A stretch of DNA of 64,000 bases from a virus (Duplodnaviria > Caudoviricetes), in the IMG/VR virus record IMGVR_UViG_3300042350_003801. One strand, written 5' to 3'. The translations under genes were made by a program, and so were the position numbers. The notes beneath the pieces were generated by a model. That model did no database searches. It saw nothing but the letters and a program-made list of their open reading frames with translations, and was not told the origin of the DNA. Positions within the stretch are counted from its first letter, which is position 1; every line of letters begins with the position of its first letter. This document shows, in pieces, positions 37,607 to 47,137 of the stretch.

Positions 37607-39079
37607 TTAATCTCCTAACTTGATTGTTTTAATGTCATATTCAAATTCTTCTTCATTATAGTTTTTAACTCTATCCATAAAGTGTTTTAAGGTATAATTC
37701 GCTCTATTGTTGATGCTAATGTCATCGGCAATATCATATACCTTTGCTATTTTCTTATTGTGATTAAGTCTCAAAAGTCGTCCAATGCTTTGCATATTGC
37801 GAATACGTGACTTAAATGGTGAAGCAAAAATTAGATTGTGAAGATTCTTAATTGAAATACCTGTGCTAAAGACTCCGTAAGATGCAACAATAATGGCATT
37901 GTTTTCTCGCTCTGCGATGTTTCGGATTTCTTCTCTTTCGTCAGTATTTACTCCACCGTGAACAAAGAAGACTTTGTGGGTGGTTGTAGCGCTATTTATG
38001 GAATCAAAAAGAATCTTCCCGTGGGTCTCTACTCTTGCAAAAAGAATCAAGGTATTACCCTTAAGGTCTAAGGCCAGGTTTTTGATGAAGTTATTTCTCT
38101 TATCGTGTGAGATAAGATACTTTATTTCATCCTCGTATGTTTCAAAATACTTTGGTTGATGTTTTAGAACAAGACATTGAATATCAAGTTGTGATGCTCG
38201 TCCTTTTTCAATAAGTTCCTTCGTTCCAATTGCCTTATATGCTGGACCAAACAAACCAGAAATAACCCACTCGTGAGTCTTAGAGTCTTCTCCACCATTA
38301 GTTAGAGTACCAGTAAAACCGTAACGATACTTTGCCTGATGACAATTTTTCATTATAGAAGTAAGACTTGTTGCCTTACAACCGTGACACTCATCAACCA
38401 TTACACAATCAAAGTCTTCAAAGAAAGACTTCTGACAATTAATTAGTGATTGCCAAGTTGAAAGAGTGACTTCTGAATCATTATTTTTTTCGGCGCCATC
38501 GTAAATCATATGGCAGTGTTCTTCGGGGTTCCAGCCGTAAGATTGCCAATCGGAATACATCTGCCTTACAAGACCAGTTGTTGGAAAGATAACAAGACAC
38601 TTTCTTCCTTTACCAACGTGATATCTAATGATGGAGTATATGATATAACTCTTACCAGAAGACGTTGCAGAGACGATAGTTTTCCTATTATACCTCAGAC
38701 ACTCATATACGGCATTGACTTGGTAATCATAGGGTTCTAGGGCCGTACAGACGGCACTCATAAAGCCTTTGACACCCTCTACCGTGATTGCCTCATTGAC
38801 CTCAAAAGGGCTTCCATAGAACTTACTATGTTCAAAATCGTAAGTGTAACCGAGTGCTTTTAGTTTGGCAATAACCCTATCCAAAAGACCAGCATAAACC
38901 TCACCAGTTGCAACACTGAGTAATGTAACTTGACCATTCCATCCTTTACGATGCTTCTTCATAAACTTTGCACCACTTACTTCAAAGGTGAAATAGGGGT
39001 GAAGTTCATATAAAATATGAGGGTCACATTTTAATTTAATGTAAACTTCGTTTTTCTTGACTATTGTTACGTCGGCCAT
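37607..39079 (-). CDS. uvsW: UvsW helicase
   Basis: SATSSGKS, DECH, TGT, QSIGR.LR. Confidence 0.95.
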   Translation of the reverse strand: MADVTIVKKNEVYIKLKCDPHILYELHPYFTFEVSGAKFMKKHRKGWNGQVTLLSVATGEVYAGLLDRVIAKLKALGYTYDFEHSKFYGSPFEVNEAITVEGVKGFMSAVCTALEPYDYQVNAVYECLRYNRKTIVSATSSGKSYIIYSIIRYHVGKGRKCLVIFPTTGLVRQMYSDWQSYGWNPEEHCHMIYDGAEKNNDSEVTLSTWQSLINCQKSFFEDFDCVMVDECHGCKATSLTSIMKNCHQAKYRYGFTGTLTNGGEDSKTHEWVISGLFGPAYKAIGTKELIEKGRASQLDIQCLVLKHQPKYFETYEDEIKYLISHDKRNNFIKNLALDLKGNTLILFARVETHGKILFDSINSATTTHKVFFVHGGVNTDEREEIRNIAERENNAIIVASYGVFSTGISIKNLHNLIFASPFKSRIRNMQSIGRLLRLNHNKKIAKVYDIADDISINNRANYTLKHFMDRVKNYNEEEFEYDIKTIKLGD

Positions 39080-39516
39080 TATTGCCCACTCAGAAACTTT
39101 TGGTAATCTAAACTATTTTTAATTTGGTATGTTCTACTATGGAGCATCTTAATAATGTCCTGCAGAAAGGTAAGACTTACATCATAAATCTCACTCTTGA
39201 TGTTGATTTTAGAAACCTCTTCATCTGAATTGAGACAACTTACTAGGTGCTCTTTGTCCCTTACTTTTTTGTCTAAAGGATTTTCAATATAAACGTCTGG
39301 TTCTGCTTTTCCGGTGTAGTATTCATATTTTCTATGCCTGATTTGTTTTTTATCCTCTTCACACTTTTTCTTCAGTAAAAGTAGATTTGAATAAATTTCG
39401 TAATACTTGGCGTGTAGTTCTGGAATTCTCAGTGATTCGTTATGTAAATCATCTGGGTCAATTTTTGCATCTTCTTTCCACATTTCTTGAATCGCATAGA
39501 TATCAAGAATTTTCAT
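39079..39516 (-). CDS. uvsY: recombination mediator UvsY
   Basis: W..DAKID..SL.IP.LH.KY..YYTGKA..R.YQIKN. Confidence 0.9.
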   Translation of the reverse strand: MKILDIYAIQEMWKEDAKIDPDDLHNESLRIPELHAKYYEIYSNLLLLKKKCEEDKKQIRHRKYEYYTGKAEPDVYIENPLDKKVRDKEHLVSCLNSDEEVSKINIKSEIYDVSLTFLQDIIKMLHSRTYQIKNSLDYQKFLSGQ

Positions 39517-40067
39517 ATTAGTTCTCCCCTTGCATTTCTAATATCATAGTATGTATACTTCATTTTTACTTCGGCTGTGAAGTATTGTGAGTCTCCACTA
39601 GTGGCATCAAAAAGCAAGGAAGTTAAATCATAAGGCCACATATCATAAAATCTGACCTGTATATTTAATTTATTGTTACTTGAAAGAATAAATAAGGTTC
39701 CATCTGAAAATATGTTCAGTTGATTGGTAATATTTGTTTTCAGTTCCGGCCTTTCTTTCTGTAGATCATAAATTTGTTGTAAACTATAAGGAAAACCTAG
39801 ACCTCTTATCCAATTCTGAATTTCTGTATAGTTTGTCATATCCTCGTCAACCATAAACTTGAATGAGAAGTCTTGAAAGTCAATCATATCTCCGGGCTGT
39901 TTTATTGCCTTCAAGTAGTTCGGTTGATTAGCAACTCCAAGTGTTAATGATGGAATATTTCCGCTATTAGAAAAAAATGCTGCTTTAGGTGCTCGTTTAA
40001 GGGTAAACTTGAACTGATTAGGCGATAGAAAATTTCTATTTTCAATTGGTGAACACAAGTCAGACAT
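39513..40067 (-). CDS. 3: tail completion protein gp3
   Basis: NRNFLSP..FKF..VDEDMTNY.EI.NW..D.TL. Confidence 0.85.
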   Translation of the reverse strand: MSDLCSPIENRNFLSPNQFKFTLKRAPKAAFFSNSGNIPSLTLGVANQPNYLKAIKQPGDMIDFQDFSFKFMVDEDMTNYTEIQNWIRGLGFPYSLQQIYDLQKERPELKTNITNQLNIFSDGTLFILSSNNKLNIQVRFYDMWPYDLTSLLFDATSGDSQYFTAEVKMKYTYYDIRNARGELI

Positions 40068-40088
40068 TTTAATGTTCTTATACTGACT

Positions 40089-40307
40089 CTATTTATTTTC
40101 ACTCATATATGTTTGATATTTTTTCAGGATTTCTTCATCCACTGATTCTAAATTGCCTAATGGTGGTAGCCAATTTGTTGAGGTAATATAATCAGTAAAC
40201 TCATAGATGCTCACGGTGAGAGTCATCTTTTGCCTTGTAAATGAACTTAGGATGAATGCTCTTTGTTTAAGTTTTTCTGTTGAATACTTTTTAGAGTGGT
40301 AGTCCAT
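40089..40307 (-). CDS. hypothetical protein
   Basis: ORF track. Confidence 0.5.
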   Translation of the reverse strand: MDYHSKKYSTEKLKQRAFILSSFTRQKMTLTVSIYEFTDYITSTNWLPPLGNLESVDEEILKKYQTYMSENK

Positions 40308-40332
40308 TCGTTTTAGTTCGTCTTATATACTA

Positions 40333-40470
40333 TTTAATATTATTGAATAATAGTGGTTTATCACTTTTGACAAAGCGGAGCGTAGCAGACTTTAAAGAGT
40401 TTGTCAATAAGTAGAAATACTAAGTCAGCAAACATTGACAATACCATACAAGGGCTTGACAAAATCAAGA
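40333..40470 (+). repeat. 137-bp promoter block, copy 2 (inverted), upstream of the plus-strand island
   Basis: Matches the reverse complement of 37069-37205, including the core ACTTTTGACAAAGCGGAGCGTAGCAGACTTTAAAGAGTTTGTCAATA. Confidence 0.9.
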
Positions 40471-40599
40471 AGGTGTGGTAAGGTTACAGGAGTTAAATTT
40501 CTTCTCTTAACTATGGCCACCCTTTCGTCACTAGACCACTAACAAATTCTTCACGATGCCTTATTTTATAAGCCAACTCAAAAGAACCTTTTTCTGAGA

Positions 40600-40806
40600 G
40601 TGATGGCTCGTTTAACTGGCGGGAGAGTCGTTTTACATCAAAATCTTTGGGGAGAAGTTGGACAGACCATTGCATATAAAATGAACAACCTTCCAGAAGA
40701 CAACCTGTTTGCTTATGTGTATTTTTCAACTTCTGTTGGGCCAATGGCTCTATTACCTGACGGCAGTTGCACAAAGAGCTACATTAAACGTTGGAGGTTT
40801 ATGTGA
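40600..40806 (+). CDS. hypothetical protein
   Basis: ORF track; first ORF after the promoter block. Confidence 0.45.
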   Translation: MMARLTGGRVVLHQNLWGEVGQTIAYKMNNLPEDNLFAYVYFSTSVGPMALLPDGSCTKSYIKRWRFM

Positions 40807-40842
40807 TGAATTTATTATTGTAACATTGATGAATTTTAAATT

Positions 40843-41574
40843 ATGATTAACCTATACGCAACAAACGGTTTAATGTTCTGGTCTGGACGAGAAATTAAAT
40901 ACCGTAATTTTATTAAACAAACCTTTACCGATGAAATAGAAGCATTGCTTCGTTCAGAAAATCGTGCCTGGCAATTCTTTGAGATAGAAGCGCCTTTATT
41001 GATTCCCAGAGAATTGATAAATTCAAATTATACAAATGAGGATATTTGGGTTCAAGAGAATAACGAAGAAGAATTGGTTCTTCGTCCTGAAACCACGCCT
41101 TCTTCATATGCTTATGCTTGTCATATGCTTAATAGCAATATGATACTACCTCCATTCTGCGTTCTACAATCTGGTAAATCATTTCGCAGAGAACAAGATC
41201 AAGTTAGTAAGAATATGCGATTAAAGGAATTTTATCAACAAGAGTTTCAGTGCATTTATGCTGCTGACACTCTTAATGACTATCAAGAAAAAGTTCTCGA
41301 ACCTTTGAGAAAAATTTTTGAGAAAATAATTGGTAAGTCAACAAGAATTGTTGAATCGGATAGACTTCCTTCATATTCCGTGAAAACTATGGATATTGAA
41401 GTTGATAATGGTGATAATGGTGATAAATGGATGGAATTATGCTCCATATCAAAAAGAACAGATTTTCCTCAAAAAGTTAAATTCAATACGAAAAATGGCT
41501 CCAATGAAAAAGAAATGCTTGTATTGGAAATTGCCATTGGTTTAGATAGATGTGTTTACAATTATTTTAAATGA
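40843..41574 (+). CDS. minimal class II aminoacyl-tRNA synthetase catalytic domain, GlyRS-like
   Basis: LRPET, GKSFRRE..RLKEF.Q.EFQ (motif 2), WMEL.SIS.RTDF, EIAIGLDR (motif 3); no anticodon-binding domain. Confidence 0.8.
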   Translation: MINLYATNGLMFWSGREIKYRNFIKQTFTDEIEALLRSENRAWQFFEIEAPLLIPRELINSNYTNEDIWVQENNEEELVLRPETTPSSYAYACHMLNSNMILPPFCVLQSGKSFRREQDQVSKNMRLKEFYQQEFQCIYAADTLNDYQEKVLEPLRKIFEKIIGKSTRIVESDRLPSYSVKTMDIEVDNGDNGDKWMELCSISKRTDFPQKVKFNTKNGSNEKEMLVLEIAIGLDRCVYNYFK

Positions 41575-41927
41575 TGGACCTACAACACTTTTATCATTAC
41601 CTAACACCAGAAAAAATCTTATCCGAAAAATCTTTCAGCGATAGCGTATGGTTACACGCTAGCTCGGGGATTTTTTCCGTATCGTATAGCGATTATCTGA
41701 AGGCTTGGTCAGAACACGATTCCATTCATTACCTATTAAACCTTCCTTTTAACTTGAACGGCGAAAGAAAAGTCGCCTTTGTTGAAGCACATTGCGGAGT
41801 TGGATGGGCTCCTTATGGTGATGAATGTAGTCTCAATGTGCGCGATAAAATCAATTTTTTAATGCCAAAGAAATTTGGTAGATTAAAAATTCTTGAAACC
41901 GCTGAACAATTACGAGAACTTTATTAA
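41571..41927 (+). CDS. hypothetical protein
   Basis: ORF track. Confidence 0.55.
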   Translation: MMDLQHFYHYLTPEKILSEKSFSDSVWLHASSGIFSVSYSDYLKAWSEHDSIHYLLNLPFNLNGERKVAFVEAHCGVGWAPYGDECSLNVRDKINFLMPKKFGRLKILETAEQLRELY

Positions 41928-41928
41928 A

Positions 41929-42801
41929 ATGACACAAATTCAAAAGCCAATGCTTGCCGGGAACTATGATGCTTCTAAAGCAACGTTCCCGTATATTGCC
42001 ACACCAAAGATTGATGGCATTCGTTTTCTTATGGTTAATGGTGTTGCCGTCTCCCGCACATTTAAGCCTATTCGGAACAATTATCTGCAAAAAGCCTTAA
42101 GCGAAACTCTTCCCGATGGAGTGGATGGAGAAATCACAGTTGGAGATACCTTTCAATCTTCTACTAGTGGTGTAATGAGTATTGAAGGTGAGCCAGATTT
42201 TAAGGTTTGGCTTTTTGACTATGTTGACCCAAGTCAAGATGAAATTCTTCCATATTACTTAAGAATTCTTAACTTTCCAACGTTTCCCAATACTGGGCAG
42301 TATATTCTCTTATCTGGAACAACAATTAATAGTCAAGAAGAACTTGATGATTACGAAGAAATTTGTCTTGAAGATGGCTATGAAGGCATAATGCTCCGAG
42401 ACCCAATGGGAACTTATAAGTTTGGTCGTTCTACCGTAAGAGATAACATTCTTCTTAAGGTTAAACGGTTTCTAGACGATGAAGCAGTTGTTATTGATAT
42501 TGAAGAAAAGATGCACAATGAAAATGAGGCTCAAAAAGATGCCTTTGGTAGAACGAAAAGGTCTTCTTCAATTCTTGGTCTAGTTGGGGCAAACACAACG
42601 GGAACCCTTATTGTAGAAAATAAAGAGGGGCAAGTGTTTGGTATTGGTTCGGGTTTAAATGATCTAATGCGTGATGAAATTTGGAACAATAGAGAGAACT
42701 ACCTAGGCCGTCTTGTTAAGTATAAGTATTTTCCCCAAGGGGTTAAAGAATTACCAAGGCATCCTGTTTTTCTTGGCTTTCGTGACGAGGATGATTTATG
42801 A
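41929..42801 (+). CDS. ATP-dependent DNA ligase (compact form)
   Basis: PKIDGIR, YEGIMLR, LLKVK, F.IGSG, PRHPVF. Confidence 0.92.
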   Translation: MTQIQKPMLAGNYDASKATFPYIATPKIDGIRFLMVNGVAVSRTFKPIRNNYLQKALSETLPDGVDGEITVGDTFQSSTSGVMSIEGEPDFKVWLFDYVDPSQDEILPYYLRILNFPTFPNTGQYILLSGTTINSQEELDDYEEICLEDGYEGIMLRDPMGTYKFGRSTVRDNILLKVKRFLDDEAVVIDIEEKMHNENEAQKDAFGRTKRSSSILGLVGANTTGTLIVENKEGQVFGIGSGLNDLMRDEIWNNRENYLGRLVKYKYFPQGVKELPRHPVFLGFRDEDDL

Positions 42802-43819
42802 AATTTTATGATTTTGTTGTTAACTTACCGCCATCTATAGGGCATTTAAAAATTATTTTAGATAATAGAAAACGTGGGATAAACCGAAAAGACTTTCAAT
42901 ACTTTATTGCTTTTAGTGAACACGATGCGATTCATTACTTATGTGATCTTGGATTCAGTAAAGATGAAGAACTTATTGTGGCTAGGATTGAAGATGTTCT
43001 AGAGTGTGGATTTGGAATTTGGAGAAACAATACAGTTAAAGAAAGTTTGAGAGAAGTTGAATATAAAATTCCAGATTGGTTGACACATTCTATAATAAAT
43101 GAAGTTTCCAATAAAATTAGGAAATATTACTATGAAAAAGCCTAAAGAAAAAATCAAAGTCCAAAAGTCTCAAATTTATTATCTACACACTGAATTTTAT
43201 AAACTTGAAGATCTTAAATCTACTATTGAAACTTTGCTTTATGAAGGGTGGTATGGTTTAACAATTGGAAAAGACTATCACGATGACCCCGAAAATTTTG
43301 ATCCTTATGTTACCATTTATTGTGATAGGGATGAAACGGAACAAGAGTTCAACCAAAGAGTTAAACTTTATGAGATTCATAGAGATAATTTAAAAAAAAG
43401 TAAAATAAAAAGAGAAAGAGAAAAAGTTGAGCTAGAAAAAAGAGAACGACAACTTTTAGAAAAATTAAAATTAAAATACGAACCTATAAATAGCGTTAAA
43501 AATGACTATGACATTTAACGGCACTATGAATTTTGATGAATAATTTGAACTACCAGATTATTCTTATTATGGCCTCACTTTGAAAAATACTTGCTCTGCT
43601 TGTCCTGAGCAGTATGATGTATATTATGAAGATATTCTATGTGGTTATATGAGACTTCGGCACGGTTACTTTAGAGCCGAATATTATAAGACTCCAGATG
43701 ACTATGGTAAAATTGTCTATGATTGTGAACCAAATGGTGATGGTATATTTTTGGGTGAAGAACGAGAAGAACATCTAAAGAAAGGTGCCGAGGCAATTAT
43801 AAAACAAATGAGGTGGTGA
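42798..43819 (+). CDS. three hypothetical proteins (42798-43145, 43099-43518, 43580-43819)
   Basis: ORF track, co-oriented. Confidence 0.55.
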
Positions 43820-43830
43820 GAAGCTGTTTA

Positions 43831-43888
43831 GGACACTTCAACAACTGGCACAGAGGCCTTGACAGAACTGGTTGAGCCGTGTATTATT
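43831..43888 (+). promoter_or_regulatory. sigma70-type promoter with upstream palindromic element
   Basis: GGACACTT-N4-AACTGGCA, TTGACA, 17 bp, TATTAT. Confidence 0.8.
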
Positions 43889-46061
43889 AATTCAAATCGC
43901 GCATACCTTATGGGAAAAACTGAACAACATTCAATTACTCCGCCCCCAGAGTTGCGGTGCCAGTGGCAATCAGAATCGCCATTCAAAGTCATAAGCGTTG
44001 AGCGCGAAGACCATATGATTGACCGAGCAGCCCGTTGGGGGGCAGACCAAGAGTTGGAAGCGTGCTGTGAGTGGTTGGATTCGCAATCCTTGCACCTGGA
44101 TGGAAGTTATTTACGCACTGCCCGCCGACCTAAACCACCTTCGCTGAAGGAGCAAGCAATTACGAAACTACAAACTATCAGAGATAGTCCGTATCCGTGC
44201 AATTATCAAGAAGACTCCGACTGGGATACCATTCTCATCGCACTGGAGGCACTTCCTAATGACTGACAAACTTACCCCCGCAAAGAAAATATTGAACTCC
44301 GCCAATGGGGCTAGCTCGTGGAGTCCAGACGATTGCCTTAATGATGCTCCGTATATTACAATAGCTCTTCTTCGGGCTCTAGTAGAACAAGCAGGGTCAA
44401 CCAAACATTGGCACATAGACCAACTTAATGCAATGGCCACTGAATTAGAGGCACTTGTTGATGGCTGACCACACTCCCCTAAGCCCCGCCGCGCAGGCGG
44501 TGAAAGACCACTTCTTAGCCAACGTTCCAATCAGCCTGGAGCAAGGACTCGCCGCCGCCATCCGCACCGCTGCAGATAGAGCGGAATCTCTGATAGGCGA
44601 CATTGAACATCCGAAGTTTATAGAAGGCGTTCTAGCTGCATCATACTTTTTGGAGCATATCTCCTCCGAATTAGAGGCACTTACCAATGACTAAAGAACT
44701 TTCTCTTGCCTTAGATATTCTAAAAGACGCACAAAGTAAATCACCTTACATTATTCCTAGTGTAAACAAAAGAATTGTTGTCGCTACTCTTCGCTCTGCG
44801 GCTAAGCAACTTGTAGAAATTCCAGTAAACGATGCTTGCTTAAAAAATAGAAACGATAAACTTATCTATGAATTGGCTTTAAATGAATGTGCATTACATC
44901 TCCAAAGTATTGCTATTGAATTAATTAATTATGAACAACCTTAAATTATTTAAAGTTAATGTTACACAAGAATGGTCTGCAAAAGCAGAAGCATTTGTAT
45001 GGGCAACTTCGCACGTAGAAGCAGAATTTATAGCAAAAAAGAATATCGATTTAGACTCTTGTGATGCGGAGACATATGGTTTAGATGCACAAGCAGAAGA
45101 AAAATCTCCAATTCTTTTAAAAGAATTGAGAAATACTGTATATGTTTACTTTTATGCTCCCAATAATGCTGGTCAATACTGTGATGTCGATTATGAAACT
45201 TTCAAATCTTATATTACTCCAGAAGATCTTGAAAGAATAAGAATTGAAAAAATTGAAAAAGACAATGGCCAACTTTCCTTGATATTAAAACAATGACTTT
45301 TATTTTAAGACTTCTACTACAGATACCTTTGACTATCGTTCTTTTTTCGGGAGTTCAAGATGTTTTTGGAAGGACCGAATGGTGAATAACTTTTCCGATT
45401 GGTATGGTTCTTTTATTTCTTTATGATTTTGGTGAACTTATTAAAAACGAGGAAAAAAATGAAGACTGATTTCCGTGCTTTGTGTGTTGAGCTTGTTGCC
45501 GCACTGTGCAAGTACGATTTAGACACCGAGGAAGAAGTGGTGTTACTCGACCGAGCCCGAACCGCCTTGGCTGATGGGGTTGTGAGAGCGGAACCTACAG
45601 ACGAAGAAATTCTCCACTTTGTATACAATCAAGAGCCTGAGCCAATTCCTATGACTCGCCACGCCCGCAAGAATGAAACTTGCGGGGTAGTAGATGGATT
45701 GGTCACTTATAATTATTACCCCGAGAGTTGTATTAAAGGTAGTTTACAAACAACTGAAGATGGTAGTCTTCGCTGGGTTTTTACTGAATATCTTAATAGA
45801 TTTGATGGGGATGACCGAAGCATAGAAGTAGATGCAACTTCGGAAATTTTAGAACTGGCTAGATATTGTAATAGGGTAACGACTTCTGTAAAACCTGAGG
45901 GGCCAACAGATGAGGAGTGGGACGCACTGGTAGAGCGTGTCTGGGACCAATACGAGACAATCGGATATCAGGGAGAACGGATAATGCATTGCAGTGACTA
46001 TGGTAATGCCTTAGATATTATTCGCAAGGAACTTACCCGTTATAGTAGAGGAGAAAAGTGA
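43859..46061 (+). CDS. cluster of small hypothetical proteins (43859-44266, 44259-44468, 44455-44694, 44687-44944, 44931-45296, 45459-46061)
   Basis: ORF track, translationally coupled; WGADQELEACCEWL and DFRALC.EL motifs; locally higher GC. Confidence 0.6.
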
Positions 46062-47137
46062 TGTGTAGTAATTCTCAAGGATATTATGGTTCTAACAATA
46101 CACCCGAAGTTGATATTGACGATAGCAAATCTATCTTAGAACGTATTGCAATTATTTCTCACGGTGGAGGTTTGATTGGAATTGCAGATGAATTGTCAGC
46201 ACTTAACGAGATTCGCCGCCTTTCTCAGCCTTTTCTTGGCAATCAAGTGATCGAGGCACAGTTTTTAAATGCACCAATTGATAACAGAGGCTATATCGAT
46301 TTACGCCAAGTGCGCGAAAAAAGTCTCCCTGTGGCCACCCCTCCAGCCCCGCCAGTTGCCGAAGAGGTAGAAAAACTTGTAAAATGGCTGGAAAAATACT
46401 CAAATTCTGCTTGGCCACGTCCAGATTATGAAGAGCAGACTATTATTTACTGCCAAGAAAGGGAGGTCTTTGATAGACTTACTATGGCAGCTCATCTTTT
46501 GAAGCAAAATATTGTAGTAATTCAGCCAGCCGCAGTCTCTCCAAGAGAATTCGTTCTTGAGGAAATGACAGCGGAAGATGGAAGCTCTCTTGGTTGGTAT
46601 GTCAATCATTCTGACTTCTATTGTGATATTGTGAAAGAAGATGGTGTTTGGGGTATTTACTTTAGGGATAAGAATACTGAACAAGAAGTATTCGAGGAAC
46701 AAAGTAATACTTCGCTCGCCTCACGTGTATTGGCAATGTGTAAAAAGCGGGATTGGTCTCTTCATTGGACTGCCCGAGGTGCATACTTACATCTTGAGGC
46801 ATCCGAGTTAATTGAGTCGCTTCGCGGAAAGCGTGGAGATCCAAAATCTGAGGCAGCCGATGTATTGTTAGTTTTAATGAGCATTACCGAAAATGCTGGA
46901 ATCGCTTGGTCGGATGTTTTGAAACAAGTAGAAGAAACTTGTTCGCGGTTAGAGGTTTGTGATCAATATGCCAGTGAAGAGAGACTTACTCAAGCTGGGG
47001 AAATAGATCATTTAATAGGTTGGTTGAGAGAAAATGCAAACGATGAACGTGATATTGATAACGGTGGCAATGCTGCTGCCGCCAATATTCTTGACCGTAT
47101 TGCTGATATTCTTGAACAGCGAGGGATGCATAGATGA
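46058..47137 (+). CDS. multidomain protein with MazG-like NTP pyrophosphatase domain
   Basis: LHLEASELIE..SEAADVLLVL. Confidence 0.55.
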   Translation: MMCSNSQGYYGSNNTPEVDIDDSKSILERIAIISHGGGLIGIADELSALNEIRRLSQPFLGNQVIEAQFLNAPIDNRGYIDLRQVREKSLPVATPPAPPVAEEVEKLVKWLEKYSNSAWPRPDYEEQTIIYCQEREVFDRLTMAAHLLKQNIVVIQPAAVSPREFVLEEMTAEDGSSLGWYVNHSDFYCDIVKEDGVWGIYFRDKNTEQEVFEEQSNTSLASRVLAMCKKRDWSLHWTARGAYLHLEASELIESLRGKRGDPKSEAADVLLVLMSITENAGIAWSDVLKQVEETCSRLEVCDQYASEERLTQAGEIDHLIGWLRENANDERDIDNGGNAAAANILDRIADILEQRGMHR

